63,584 nucleotides of DNA, filler included, from Bigelowiella natans CCMP2755 (GCA_000320545.1; 7 parts of 7 records of this genome joined end to end with filler, not necessarily neighbours in it), one strand, 5' to 3'; counted from the whole stretch's first letter, positions 50,059-63,523 are shown. Translations and numbers: made by a program. Notes: a model not told the origin generated them from the letters alone.

Positions 50059-52843
50059 GAGAGGGAGAGAGCACAGAAAGCAATTCGCACTGCAACTGGC
50101 ATATGTCGCATGTTTCCCCCTACCGATCCTTGAGATTGTCTGCATCTTCTCGCAGAACCTGCCGCCAACGCAAAGCGTCGTCATTATCATGTGTCATTAT
50201 GTGTCATCACGGACGATTTATGATGGAGATACAATATCTACAACATCTTGCAGTGATGCTGGCGAATAAGACCGCGAATCCTTGTTTATTCTCTTCAGCT
50301 GAGCGGTGCTATCATTCGCAACACACGCCTCTTACTCATTTCCCAACACCAACGACATTTGATCAAATCTGCTGCCATGTAAGATCCAGGAGGAAGTGGG
50401 GGGAGGGGGGGGGGGGCGGGAGGAGGGGGGGGGTGTGGAGGAGGAAGACCCGGCTAGGCTGTGGAGCCTTGACGGGGTTGGGGGTCGGCTAAGCTCGGGG
50501 GATTGTACTTGGTGGCCAAGCGGGCATGCAAGGTTGGTTCGGGAGGTAGGAAAGGAATGACAAGAAGACAAAAAAAAAGAAGAATAAGAAGAAGAAGAAG
50601 AGGAAGAAAAATGGAATTAAGATGCGTGGTAATGCTTCCTGTGTCGTGAGTATGTATGTGTGTGTGTGTGTGTGTGTATNNNNNNNNNNNNNNNNNNNNN
50701 NNNNNNNNNNNNNNNNNNNNNNNTTAATTAATTAANNNNNNNNNNNNNNNNNNNNNNNNNNNNNNNNNNNNNNNNNNNNGAACCTTAACTCGTACCAAAC
50801 CGAAACGAACGTTACCTTTCCCTTCCCTTCCTTACCTACCTACCCTCCCTCCCCCTCCCCCCCCCCCCCCTCCTCTCTCTGTCCCTCCCTCCCTCCCCCC
50901 CTCTATCTATCTATCTATCTCCCTCTCCTGCGAAATATTCACACACACGCGGGCGCGCGCGTACAAACCCACTCCCCACAAACCACCCCCACAGAGGAAC
51001 CCACTTGTATTCAAATCAACCCCCACACAGTCAATAACCACCTTCAAAGGGGGGGATCTGCATCCTCCGCCGTTCTGCCTGGATTTGATTCCGAACTCTA
51101 TTCGTGACCGCGCCTTCTTTACAGCTGGCGTATGATCCATCGTCGCCCCTCCCGATGCAGAGGGTTGATTCCTTCCATTCCCATTGGAGAGCTTCGCCGT
51201 CTTCGTTGAAACATGACGAGGAGGTGGGGTAGTCGGCCGTGTGACGGAGGCCTTGACTCCCACCTCAAGTCGCCGTAGTTTTGGACTAGGGCCACAGGAG
51301 ACATTTCTGGAATGTGACGAGGAAGAAGCGGAGGGGGAGGAGGAGGAGGAGGAGGAGGAGGAGGAGATTGCAGTGTTGGCAACGACCGAGGGGCGGTTGT
51401 CCTTATCATCATCAGAAGCAGAAGATGCTCTTGCTGCGGCCTGCATTTCTCTCTTCTTCGCTCCATGGTTAGAAAGGGGAGGACGGGCTCTCTTTCTAGA
51501 GGTCTGGCTGCCTCCTTTCACCTCTCTGCCCGCTTGGGAAGTATCTTAGAAAGAAGGGGGAGGGGGGATTCCAGCCTTGTGTGAATGCGGAACTATGCCA
51601 CGCAGCGAGCAAATAATGTCGGTATGCAGTGTCGTTTCTCCCTTACCTGTAGTAGCTGCCGTGGACGATAGAAGCGGTCGTCCTTCAGAATCGCTGCGAC
51701 ATCGTATTCTAGGCCCGGCCTTGTACCTTTTTAGCGTTGAAAATATCATTTAATGATAGGAGATTACGTCGGGGGAAAGAGGAGGATGGCGGCGAAACGG
51801 GGGCACGGCATAGTGCGCCTCGAGTAGGTTTGTATTCTCCCCAAGACTGTGATGGAACAAATCTGCATGTGTCTCATCCAACATCCTATAACTAAGCTCA
51901 TCGCCTTGACATTGTCTCCCACTCACGGTCTCTACTTGTATCTGACCAGGAGCTGAGCAGCTTCCAGAGAGCGTCCGGAATCACTTCAAATTCCACACCT
52001 TGCCGAAGATTCTAAGGTAGAAAACGATGTACAATTTATATCGTCGCATGAATATGCGTCCAGGCACATATGGCATGCACAAAACATACATGCATCACCC
52101 ATTACACACACAAATACAGAGAGACAGACAGACACACACGTACCGCCTTCAATGTTCTCCCAGCTTGCGCCCCGCCAACGTTGTGCAATTCGAGCTTCTT
52201 TGCATCATCGTTATCAACTGACGGTGATTTACAATTCTCGGGCAATGGTATCAAGAGAGATTCCGTATTTATAATGCCAGGGGGGTCGTCTATAAAAACG
52301 TACACAAAAGTAAAACACATTTGAAGCAATAAAAGTGAAGGAGAGCATGAAGCACGCGCACGAGTGAGAGCTCAACGCAACTAACACAGTAGACACTTCC
52401 CCTATACGCATATGCTCACAATCATCACGACGGACAAAAGATGGTAAAATTGGGAAACTTGTGATTCCTGCAACGAGGTCCACGACCCGGTGTTGCTAAT
52501 AACATGGTAGACTATTATTCTACCGTTCTCCTGCTTCATGTAATCAACCTGAGTGGCGCAGATGATAATAAATCGAGAGCACAAAATGACTAATACTGTA
52601 CGTATCCACCGAACAAACATAGATCATCCTCTTCACGAAACTTAAAAAAAATGCCTAAAATATGGCGAATTGGGGTTCACAAAGGATCAGAACCTCTTTC
52701 ATCTCGACGTGGAGGTTGAACTGATGCCACCATGCAGCTGGAATCAGACAGCAGTGGCCATTCTTCATGGAGCATTGCTCAAGTACTGCCTCTGCCTGCA
52801 ATCTCTGTTTCTTGGTCCCCAAGAAGAGCACGGCAGGCAGCAT
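47145..52843 (-). CDS. Large multi-exon protein with an N-terminal DUSP-like domain and low-complexity middle; continuity across two gaps is unproven
   Basis: GHCCLIPAAWWHQFNLHV, PPGIINTESLL and NLRQGVEFEVIPDALWKLLSSW match the DUSP PWW/GPI/..W..L..W signature. Terminal exon ends FVAPKDCVPCFLVEYSFWNL*. Confidence 0.5.
48603..48702. other. Artificial contig-join linker
   Basis: N44-TTAATTAATTAA-N44. Confidence 0.98.
50680..50779. other. Artificial contig-join linker
   Basis: N44-TTAATTAATTAA-N44. Confidence 0.98.
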
Positions 52844-53528
52844 TGTTCAATTTGTGAATACGAATGAAGCTGCCGGTATATGCTTTGTGCTGAGAGGGTG
52901 CTGGAGCACTCGCAAAAAATGATGCAGGTCAGGCTAAAGGTAAGTCCCCGACATAGTGCTTGGGCATTCGGAAGCCGCTCTGAAGGAGATCATTAGCTCG
53001 AGGAGCTGTCCTGTCGATCGCCGCTCACACAAACTAGGCGTTTGCAAGTGTTAAGACAGAGCTACCAGAACGCAACCAAGACGATTATGTAAAAAGTTAG
53101 GTGTACATGACCTATAGAGGATATTAGCCGAAGTCGTATCGACTAAATCTCTCGTGTGCACTCCTATAATAGAGAATCTTATGCTGAATCTTTTTGACCG
53201 TGCCTCCTTCAGATGTTCCATTCAAAGGAAAAGCATTGGAAAAGAAGCATGCGCCTACATTTAACCAGCGCGACTTGTACATTTTAGCGCTCTCAGGTTG
53301 ATCTTTTAGTGCACACTGGCCTCGTTCTTGTTCTACTCTCTTAACGCAGGCTCACTGTAAAAAAAGGTCATTGAGCGGGCATTTCTAAAGGTCGCATAGG
53401 CAAGACACAGGACATTCTGTATGTACATGCAAACTCTACTAGGAAAATTGGTTGTGGTTATGTCGTTTGATTAAAACATAGTGCACTCTTCCTTATTTTT
53501 TTGAAACGAGTGAGTCGCCAAATCGAGC

Positions 53529-54639
53529 ATGGCAGATCGGCTTGGTCCGTGTCCTCCCCGTGCCAGAACAATCATCTTGCTGCTGTCCTGCCTTTTCTCC
53601 ACTACGGGTAGCCAACCTATATTGCATTACAAATATGAACTAATTTGTGGCTACGATCCTGACAAAAAAACTGCGCTATATATCCATCCAGCGAGAGCCA
53701 GGCTTTTGACATCGCCTTTGCTAAGAAGTGGGCGCTACGCCCCGTCTAGATCAAGAGCACGGCAGCAGCAGCCCATCATCGGGCGCAAACGCAACATATT
53801 CAAATTATTCGATCGCATGCGAGGCGGGAAGAGAGGAGAGCGTGCCGAGGATAAATCTGCCGCAGAAGCCACAGCTGAGAGCACCTCCAACGGTCGTTAG
53901 CGCGTTCATTCCAAGGGCATAGCATCTGCGATATCCCTTCTCAGACTTTTCTTCTGTCAAACCATAGATTATTCTTGATCAACACGTCCCCCCGCCTTCA
54001 TTTTACACGAGTGGCAAGGACGATCGCACCGCCTATCTTCTAAATCCGACAAATGATCAGGTATGCAAGGTAGCGGCTCGTCGTCGTCCTCCTCCTCCTC
54101 CTCCTCCTCGTCCTCCTCCTCCTCTTCCTCCTCGAATACGGTGACGCAACTGGTGCAGCTTATGAGGTTAGTACTACCATTTCGAAACTGAACTATCGGG
54201 TGGCGTGGTTCTCATTGTGTGCTGGATGTGGATGGACGAGGGTGGTTTTAGCTCGATCCGAGATTTTCCTCCTACATCTCCCACACGGACTATTATCAAT
54301 TCTTGAAACAACTCCAACGGTGCTAGAAGTGCCGATTGTTTTGCTTCATACGACACGGGGATGAAGGAGCAAACCTATAAATATTTCTACTTCAATCCCC
54401 GAGTTTAATTACATTTTATATTAGCCATTTTCGCAATATGGCTATTCCATTATTATACAACTCATAATTTGCTGAAATGTTTCTACCATTAAAGAGAAGT
54501 TGTGCGAAGCACCAAGCCAGAAGTTATCGCTTCAGGCTCCGAAGACTCAAAGAAAATCCTAACTCCAGTCGTGAATAAGCTCAAGTAGTGTCCACGATTT
54601 TTCAATTCCGTCGCGCTTCGTGTCATAAAATGCATGCGC

Positions 54640-54678
<39 letters not shown>

Positions 54679-54767
54679 TAGTGCGCACATTATTCTGTAA
54701 GTAGGAAGCCAAACTGTAGCAATGCACTTACACAAAAACGGACATACAGCCCCCGCCGCCCACCTTA

Positions 54768-54809
<42 letters not shown>

Positions 54810-54817
54810 TATACATG

Positions 54818-54861
<44 letters not shown>

Positions 54862-56218
54862 CCCCACTTTCTTTCTTCTTGATACGTTTTTTCAATTCCT
54901 GATAGGGGCCTTAAGGCATCCGATATTAAACTGGAGGATCCTGTTATTCCCGGGGGGTTTCCTAGGCGCGCTGTGGGCTACATACCTGTGTGGGAGCAGC
55001 AGGACTTTGAAATCGGCATTTTTGCATTTCCACCAGGTTTGAAATATACAGAATCATAATATTAAACAAATCCTTGTTCTGTTATTCCTGGGGTTTAATG
55101 TTTTGGTTGGTTATCTGATGCGACGGCGTAGGGGCATGCATCCCTCTCCACAACCATCCAGGCATGTGTGTCATCTCACAGGTCTTGTATGGATCTCTCT
55201 GGTAACCCCGCCGCCCACCCTCCCACCCCCAAATTTTTGAGAGAAGGCGAAGAAAGATAGCATTCAAATTACTACGAATCAAAATTGTTTGGCAACTATA
55301 AGGAATGTTTTTCTGCCATACTAGAAAGAGATTTTGATTTATGGACACGATGTTTCCCCTCTTTTCAATCATAGTGTAAAGTAAGCTCCTCCCCCCCTCA
55401 GCATTAGGTCGTTTGACCTGGACACTAAGACAAAAAAAGCACGTACGCACGGGGAGGTGACTGCGACTGCCCCCGAGACACGAATGTAATAAGTAGCGTT
55501 AGTGAGAGTTGAGAGTAGCATCATCAGAGGAGAACTTGCCCACTTCAAAATCACGCTCTAAAAGGGAGTTGTTAAAATGATGAGATTCCTATGCCATTCT
55601 TCGAGTTGTGTCGAAAGGGATTGAGAGAGAGAGGGAGAGAGACTGTAAGAGCATCAGACATATATGTTGTGTCATTTTCCTTCGTCCTGTGTCTCTTTTG
55701 AGTGCCTGACAATTCAGCTCATCGTTGCTGATTCCTTCGCGAGTGATTTGGTGTTCTGTGACTCTTTCTAATGGTGCTGCAATCACAGCCTATTTGAGGC
55801 CGACAAGAACATTCATGAATTCGTCGCTGGGCCTCAGGGTTGCGCAATCCTCGATATCCTTACCCCCCCCTACGAGGAGGCAGGTTGCACATAGCTATTT
55901 TGTTGTCTTGTGAGCTAGAAGCACTCAGCGCAGATGTAAGTGTTGCGCGGACGACTGATGTCTCCTCATTCTTCTGGTGTGTATTCTGATTTTCCTACAG
56001 AGGGGAGAGGTTGTACTTACTACGAGCTGGAAGAGAAGGAGACTGAGGCTAGCGGTGCGGACTCCAGCTGGAAAAAGAGTGTCGACGAGACTAATGAGAG
56101 CAACAAAATAAACCAGAATGAGATTAGCCTAAAGCCAGTTAAGTGTCCAAGCTGGTTCACCACTTACCGACTTTCCTCACAGCTCGAAAAAGTGGATCGC
56201 GATAGGCTTAAAGAATAG
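53529..56218 (+). CDS. Thiol dioxygenase of the plant cysteine oxidase / cysteamine dioxygenase (PCO_ADO) family, with N-terminal leader
   Basis: FEIGIFAFPP|GACIPLHNHPGMCVISQVLYGSL, NIHEF, CAILDILTPPY and GRGCTYY, giving the 3-His iron site. Joining of the 5' exons is less certain. Confidence 0.88.
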
Positions 56219-56399
56219 ATCGAAAGCACAGCGTAACCGATTTAGCCTATGTTGATCAGCTTTAATAAGTTTGAGCAAAATTGATGAGTTATGTACGTGC
56301 AAGCTTATCGCTCTACAAATTCTGGACACACTGCACTATGCACTCTTCCTCTCTATTACATACACAGGCGGATAAATATGATGACGAACCGTGACAACG

Positions 56400-56760
56400 C
56401 GCGCAGATGGCTAGCTCAACCTCATCACTTGCGTATAACTGTCCGTTGATATGATCGACGCGTCGATCATATCACACGGATGAAATGATTCTGTTACTTT
56501 TTTTTCAATTGTCGATCATGTCTAGATATAGCTAGCCTGTCGCATGCGTGCGCAGCTCGATCACGACACATTTGCTAAATATATGGCCGCGCACACAACC
56601 TGTAATGCCAATGGCATCGAGGCGTATAATAGCGCTCGAGTGTGCAGTGCAATAACGCGCATCTTGCGAAAGTCCACGTCTCAGTGCGCCGTGCCCGCAA
56701 ATTAATGAATAACGTAATCTATATCTAGATATGCGTGCAAATGTGCTGCTGATTGACAGC
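56400..56760. other. Weak/partial TpA-reduced island between convergent genes
   Basis: CTAG/GATC/TGCA-rich but with many residual TpA. Confidence 0.4.
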
Positions 56761-56908
56761 CGCCTTTTATGTATCATGTCAACCATCAAAGATACGAGCT
56801 TATCACTTAAGTTCGAATAGTATTAGTGCCGAGATTATCTTATTCAATTCATATATAGACCTATGATCAACAGATGCGACAAGCTTGCCGCACAGGCTAT
56901 CGACATAC

Positions 56909-57696
56909 TTATGGCTTGTGTGTCTGTAGGTACTCCATGACCGCCACAACGGCCTCACCTGCTTCATTCCTCTTACTTGCTTCTACAGCTTTGAACTCAG
57001 CCTCAGTGATGGTCATATTGGCGTCCTCTACCAGGTACTTCACTACATCGACCTTCGCGCCAAAACATGCCCGTGTAATAACTGTGTCGCCTGAGGGCGC
57101 TTGCAGCTCTAGGTTTGCTTTACACTCCTATGTTCATAAATTCATTAATTCGACGAATTTTCGATTATGTGATCTCCGTCGTGCAATTAGAATTGGGCTG
57201 AATATGAACGTGAGAATATAGTTTTGATTTCTTGTACCTGGTGGAGGTATTTTACGACTTCGAGATGCCCATGCCGAGCAGCAAACATGATCGGGGTACG
57301 TCCGTGCTTAATGCTTTGCAGATTTACGTCTGCTGATTTCTCCCCACATACCCACATGACCTTTTCCCTTCGATATGAGAGTTATTGGTGTGAGTTCATA
57401 TTAATTCTACTCCAGAGTTTACGAACAAGCAGCTAGGCTCAATGGTGGAACAGGAATCTATTTCATCTAATTTGAGGATACATGAGGAGTTAACTCAGGG
57501 GATTGTTAGCTTAAAACTCTTACAAGTTGCCAGCGTTAGCAGCGAAATGGAGGATGGTCATGCCTCGCTTGTTTCGCGAGTTCACATCAACACCTCTTTC
57601 AAGAGCTTTAGCAACTTCTTCCCATTGTCCCTGCCGGGCGGCATCCACTACACCCGCGGTGCTCTTTCGCCGTACACACGAGATGTTTCCACCCAT
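56909..57696 (-). CDS. Ankyrin-repeat protein with possible N-myristoylation (MGGNISC)
   Basis: GVDVNSRNKRGMTILHFAANAGNL, GRTPIMFAARHGHLEVVKYL and GDTVITRACFGAKVDVVKYLVE. Confidence 0.92.
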
Positions 57697-58517
57697 CTCA
57701 GTCGTTTCTATGCGTGACTGTGTGTGAGTGCAGATAAGTGGCATTATATTGCTTCTGAAATTACGGGCTGTAATAATCTAGTGTCTCGTATCATGAGATG
57801 AAACTCAACTCTACTTTTTGTTTTGAATGGAAAGAAGCGCTTCTCCATACGCCGCTTGGTTTTCACTGTACTCTGCAATGTCCATACCTTTATTACGTAG
57901 GCTATTCCTCTTCCTTTCGAAATATGTTTTGGATAATGAACTGATCGGTAGCAGGTCAATGTATGTAGATACGAGTACTCTTGAGCAACTCCCAACCACA
58001 AGAATCCGTTTCTTTATTTTTTGCACGTTTTGTCCCTTGTCGCAATATGAAAACACCCTAAATCACGTATATCTTCCGGCAGTTTTTTTTATTTGGTAGA
58101 TAATATTAGATATTCCGGTAAAAGAATTTAAGAATTACTGTTAAGAATCAGTCCACTATTAGGGATGAGAACAGTTCGATGATTAGGGAACTTCGCACTC
58201 ATAAATGTTGGAAGAAACTTCCAGATAGTAGTTTTCGCTACAAGAATGAACAAATACGGGAACGCTTTTGTTTTCTCAGCCATTGTTTTTCGGAAAGTGG
58301 CGGTGGATATTTTTTTGTGTTTTTTTTAAAAAAGGTTTCCCTCTGAAAAGTGATGAGATTTCCCAGCCGGATACATCGTACGACTTCCTCACTTTCTTTC
58401 GCTCTGGGGGAAAACCGGCATTACTGTTGAAACACCTATTTTTTTAATTCCAGAGGATTCGAGGTTGTCGTATGGGTGAAAACCATTGAAATTTATCAAA
58501 AACGGTAACGAACAAGA

Positions 58518-59176
58518 ATGGGTTCCGGTCTGTCGAGCTCCCTGCCGACGTCGACGTCGCCTGCCATAGCGGCTCTCGGCTATCTGGCTTTCATCATACT
58601 CTTCCGTTGGAATACAATGGAATGTCGTCCTGATAAGCAGACTTTCAAGGTGTTTCCTATATTTCACGAGTGGGGAGGGTGGGAAATGGACAAGGATCGA
58701 TGCGAAGATATTGCGTAGGTTCATTATCATCCTAATCGCAGATCGCCCTAGGCCAGATGGGATTAGTCTTTGTTATGGGTTATCTGGATCTACCGTATAT
58801 GCTCTGTGCTCTTCTTTCGATGGCAATGGCGGCATGCACATATGTCTCACTTGTTAGAGGTCCAAGGTGACATGCCAAAGCGCCTCACCACCCAATTAGG
58901 GGCTTGTAGGAGCGACGTTAACCTGAGCCATTTCAAAATCCAATATCATTCCTAATCACCAAGTCCTGACCCCTTCGCAATGAGTCATTCTTCTTTGCCA
59001 TCAGGTTCACCGATGTGGACATGAAAGGTAAGACTGTCGTCGTAACCGGAAGCAACACAGGTTACTATTCTCAACAACCATACGCAGGAGGGCCATATAG
59101 GCATGTTCTCTAGCATTTCAGAAGTAGCGTTATTATTGTTAGCAATCATCACACTACATCATTACTACATCGTCAC

Positions 59177-59209
<33 letters not shown>

Positions 59210-60120
59210 GATTCTAGTTTCTCACTCAGGCATCGGGTTCCAAACTGCCAGGGAGCTTGCACGAATGGGTGCCACAGTCATCTTGGCATGCCGAACTCCA
59301 GTAAGCGAAGCGAAATAGAAGAGGAAGGAAGATCCAAATGAGTGGGCTTGAATCATACATGTGTTGCTGCACGAGTTTGCGTGATATCATAGCAAAAGCA
59401 AACAACCGTAACGATCATGTATGCATGCACACACGTAAAAAGGCCAAAGCGGAGAAAGCCGTTGAAGATATCGTAGAGGCCACTGCAAGCCGTACCGTGT
59501 CTTGGTCAGCCTCCCTTCCAACTCCTTTTCCAATCGTCATCATCATCGTCATGACATCGCCATCATGACTATCTTACAATGATTATCCTCATCCAACATC
59601 CTCATTACTATTGTCACCCACATTAACTTACCTATTTCTCTCTCTCGCGTGCTCTCTCTCTCCTGTTTACTCACGCACTCCTCCCCCCCTGTTTGCAGGC
59701 TTCAATTGGACCTCACGGATACGGACTCTATCCGTAACTTCACGAAGAATCTGAAGGAAAAGTGTGGCCAAGACGGATTTGACGTATGTCATGTTTTCGT
59801 GATGCAACCATCGTTGTTATCCGTAACGATGTTTCCCGTATCCGCCACAGCTTTTTCACAAGATTATTAGGAATGTTTGCAGTGGGACAACTAAATGAGC
59901 GACTACGCCATTCTCTCGCAGGTTTTGATCAACAACGCGGGGATGCTGCGACACGAGCGAAAGGTCGGAAAGCAATTGATTGTTGATGGGCGTGGTGATG
60001 GTCTTGAGGTTGATGATTATTAGAGGAATGGCAGAGAGAATTGAGCTGTTTCGTGCGACTTACTTTACCATAGATTACAGAAGTAGTTTGTTGTCGGAGG
60101 ATGTGTGCGCGTGTGTGTGA

Positions 60121-60162
<42 letters not shown>

Positions 60163-60866
60163 ATCGACAAAATCAGGTGACGAAAGAGGGGCAGGAAATG
60201 ACACTAGCAGCCAACCACCTCGGGTACGAAGTTAAAAGAACACACGACGACCGATTTTTTAGTCTTTTTTTTTGGTAGGCGTGGCATATAGCCATGTTGT
60301 AGAGCCAGAATCGTATATCACTACTTCGCACCAGGCTTTTAAGTATCATTCCCATGTTTGAATAACCCTCTCAACCAACAACAAAAGGCCGTTCCTGCTA
60401 ACACACCTACTGCTGGATGATCTGAAGAAGAAGAAAGTGCGTAATGTGGCCATGGATGGGGATAGAATAGGAGTAGTAGTAGTTGTAGTAGTAGTCGCCG
60501 TAGCAGTATGGGGGGTTTGAAGACCGCCGCAGTCAAACATCGAGTGAGAGAGGGAATCATTCGATTTCTCACTCGAAGCATAATGGAAGCCTTGCGCAGA
60601 GCGTTTTTGGTAGAAATGACATCTGTGGCCTGACACATTGGTAGTATTAGTGAGTAGATAGTGATGATGATGATTGCCGCAATCATAAGCAATGGTAAAC
60701 ACGAAGGCTAGAGATAATAAACACCAACAACAGCATTATAAGCTTTACTTTTCCTTGCTGTGTACTCTTCCTTGTTCTCTCTTCTCTCTTCTCTCTTCCA
60801 GGGAGCTCGAATTGTCAATGTCAACTCGTCGCTACACCATCTTCCCAAGTGTTTCGACTTTAAAGG

Positions 60867-60935
<69 letters not shown>

Positions 60936-61390
60936 CACGAACCGATCCGCATCACCCATCCACGCGGTCATAGTGAGGTTGTGCTGGCTGGTGCTGCAGA
61001 CCCCCAGATGGAAAAGAACTACGAGATGTTCTCAGCGTATGGACGTGCGAAGTTGGCAGCTGTGCAGTGCACGTATGAGCTGCAGCGGCGGATGGTGGAA
61101 GAAAAGGCAGATGTGACCGTCAATTGCCTGCATCCAGGTGCCTGCCCCAAGCCATATAAATTGAGTAGGAGGAGGAGGGGGAGGATATGTCCTTGTTGCT
61201 GTTTGAGTCGAATGCACATCCTTACTCATCCGCCTCGACTGTGTTGTTGTGGTAGTTGAAGCATGGCGATGCATTGATACTCCCCCCCCCCACCCCCTTC
61301 CCCCCTTCTATCTCTCTTCATTTCCATGCAGGCCAAGTAATGACCGATGTGTCCAAAAACATGCACTGGATTCTTCGCTACGGGGAACTG
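58518..61390 (+). CDS. Retinol-dehydrogenase/WWOX-like short-chain dehydrogenase, multi-exon, 3' end missing
   Basis: VVTGSNT|GIG, ILACR, LDL, LINNAG, ANHLG, RIVNVNS, YGRAK (YxxxK) and LHPG. Confidence 0.93.
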
Positions 61391-61428
61391 GTAAGCTATT
61401 TTCAATGCGCGCCTGAGTGTGTGTTTGT

Positions 61429-61464
<36 letters not shown>

Positions 61465-61896
61465 CCCATGCAAGGGGATGCCTCCGCAAAGATTCTGCAT
61501 CTCCCGGTGGGAGCTTTGCGGGAGCGTGCTCCTTGGCCTTGTCCCCAACTCCGAACCAGCTCCATATGTTGAAGAACTGCGTGAGAGACATAAGTTTTAA
61601 TGTAGAGCCCTTTACCACTCAAACCCCGGGGCGAGCTAGCTGGCCACCATTCACTTGCAGGCTTTCGTTCCTCCGTTCCTCTGCCCTGTTCCGGTTTATA
61701 CCTGTAGCTAGTGGACAAACCACCACGCCGTTCCACTAAACGCAATGTGATTTTCATCTGCGACAGTTGAACTGCCCAGAACATCCTGAAAGCGGAGCGA
61801 GAGTGGTTACAAAGCGAGACAAAAAAAAATTGCCCATGTCACCTGTTCTATCCTAATGTATTGTGGATACTCGTCAAGATAGTATGGTTCCAGCTG

Positions 61897-61996
61897 NNNN
61901 NNNNNNNNNNNNNNNNNNNNNNNNNNNNNNNNNNNNNNNNTTAATTAATTAANNNNNNNNNNNNNNNNNNNNNNNNNNNNNNNNNNNNNNNNNNNN
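61897..61996. other. Artificial contig-join linker
   Basis: N44-TTAATTAATTAA-N44. Confidence 0.98.
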
Positions 61997-63523
61997 GACA
62001 AGCAGCTTGCTGACTATTTCAGCAGGCTGTTCGAAAAGAAAGTCCCTACCCAGGTCACCCTATGGTTAACGCGATTACTTCGAGGACGGCGACTTCCTGC
62101 TGAGCCAGAGGAGCTCCAGCACATTCAAGAACACCTGGATAAATACAAACACAAGCATGAGGTACTTAGTGATAGGATATATGTATACACTAATAATGTT
62201 AGGCGTACCTACGTGCCACGGCGGACCAGGGGAGCCCTTCTCTTTACCGCCCATGGACCTGCACACGTAGGAGAAAACCATATCACTGCTCTACTCTACC
62301 ATTACTACTGGCCCTACAAGCTAAAAGAGATAAGGACATACCTGCGTGGCTGCAGGTGCTCCAGCTTGAAGGCGGCAGGTGTCGCCACCAAGGAGTCCAG
62401 CAAGAGCCGTGCATCTAAGAAAATCAAAGCAAGGAACTTCTTAGATATCGTGCAAATTGATGTTTATAAGTACGATGGCTATCACTACCTTACCTTCGTT
62501 GATGTGGCCACTGGAAAGTGCTGGGTTAAAAAGATTATCAAGGTCAACGTTGCTAAGAAGAACAAAGGCTTATATAAGCAGAGGCTTACTAACTGCTACC
62601 GTACCTGGGAGTCTGAGCTCCAGGCTATCCCTGATGAAGTTAGCATAAACAAGATACCAAAGAAGTTACATGTGGATAATGAGACCTCTCTTCTACAGCT
62701 ACCACACCCTAATATTGATGCCTCACCTGTATACTATGCCCAGTCCAACTCCAAGGTAGAGCGACTCCACCGCACCTTGGCCAACCTAAGCAGGATAAAT
62801 AGCACCACACCAGACAAGATACAAGGGTTAGTAAACGACACCTTCACGTCTGGGGGAGGTATCAAGGATAAGGAGAGGGAAGAAGGCGACGACAACGACG
62901 ACGATACCGAGAGCGAAGACGAGAAGGTCCCGTACGATGGCCGAGTTCTAAAGGAAGGACAGTATGTTAGGGCCAAGGTAAATCTGAGATCGAGAAATAA
63001 ACAAGACCCCTTCTGGGGTGGCGTTGCAAAGGTTACCGAGAGGAAGGGGAGGAAGCAGTACTACATCTATGATGGGAACAGGGTCACCTTGCGCCACATC
63101 AGTCACCTAAAGAATTATGATATCGGTGAGAAGCTCCTAGAGGATGTTAAAGTAAACCCTACTGTGTGGGAGCGAGCAATGCCTTGTTTAGGACCCCGAC
63201 CTAAGTTCGATGTGGAATATGGAAACAATAAGGTCAGGGTGAACGACGATTGGCGCATGAAGATTGTCTATCTAGGCTACCCTGGATTACGAAATATGGA
63301 GAGGGTAGCTATGAAAATAAAGGACGGAAAATATCAGCTACTCTACCTAGCTGTTCCCGACTTACCCTTTGAGCACTGGTATAAGGTCCTGGGGGACCTT
63401 GATGCAGAGGGCTGGTATGGACACGAACCTAAGGACGAAGGTGAGTTCTGGGTAAGCGACAAAGGAGATAAGGTTAGAGAGGAATCTATTACCTGGTGGT
63501 TGGTGAAGTTCCGAAAGCGATAA
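61997..63523 (+). CDS. pol polyprotein fragment: RNase H end, HHCC zinc finger, DDE integrase, SH3-like region, C-terminal Dam-like domain
   Basis: Frame is open from the gap: LADYFSR; AHGPAHVG..YYWP..CRC; VQID..FVDVAT; HVDNE; QSNSKVERLHRTL. Confidence 0.88.
   Translation, partial: DKQLADYFSRLFEKKVPTQVTLWLTRLLRGRRLPAEPEELQHIQEHLDKYKHKHEVLSDRIYVYTNNVRRTYVPRRTRGALLFTAHGPAHVGENHITALLYHYYWPYKLKEIRTYLRGCRCSSLKAAGVATKESSKSRASKKIKARNFLDIVQIDVYKYDGYHYLTFVDVATGKCWVKKIIKVNVAKKNKGLYKQRLTNCYRTWESELQAIPDEVSINKIPKKLHVDNETSLLQLPHPNIDASPVYYAQSNSKVERLHRTLANLSRINSTTPDKIQGLVNDTFTSGGGIKDKEREEGDDNDDDTESEDEKVPYDGRVLKEGQYVRAKVNLRSRNKQDPFWGGVAKVTERKGRKQYYIYDGNRVTLRHISHLKNYDIGEKLLEDVKVNPTVWERAMPCLGPRPKFDVEYGNNKVRVNDDWRMKIVYLGYPGLRNMERVAMKIKDGKYQLLYLAVPDLPFEHWYKVLGDLDAEGWYGHEPKDEGEFWVSDKGDKVREESITWWLVKFRKR

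Noticed and set aside
49856-50492. ORFs with ERER/HTHT/YIYI/CVCV runs here and throughout
   Set aside because: Translations of (GA)n, (CA)n and (TA)n microsatellites.
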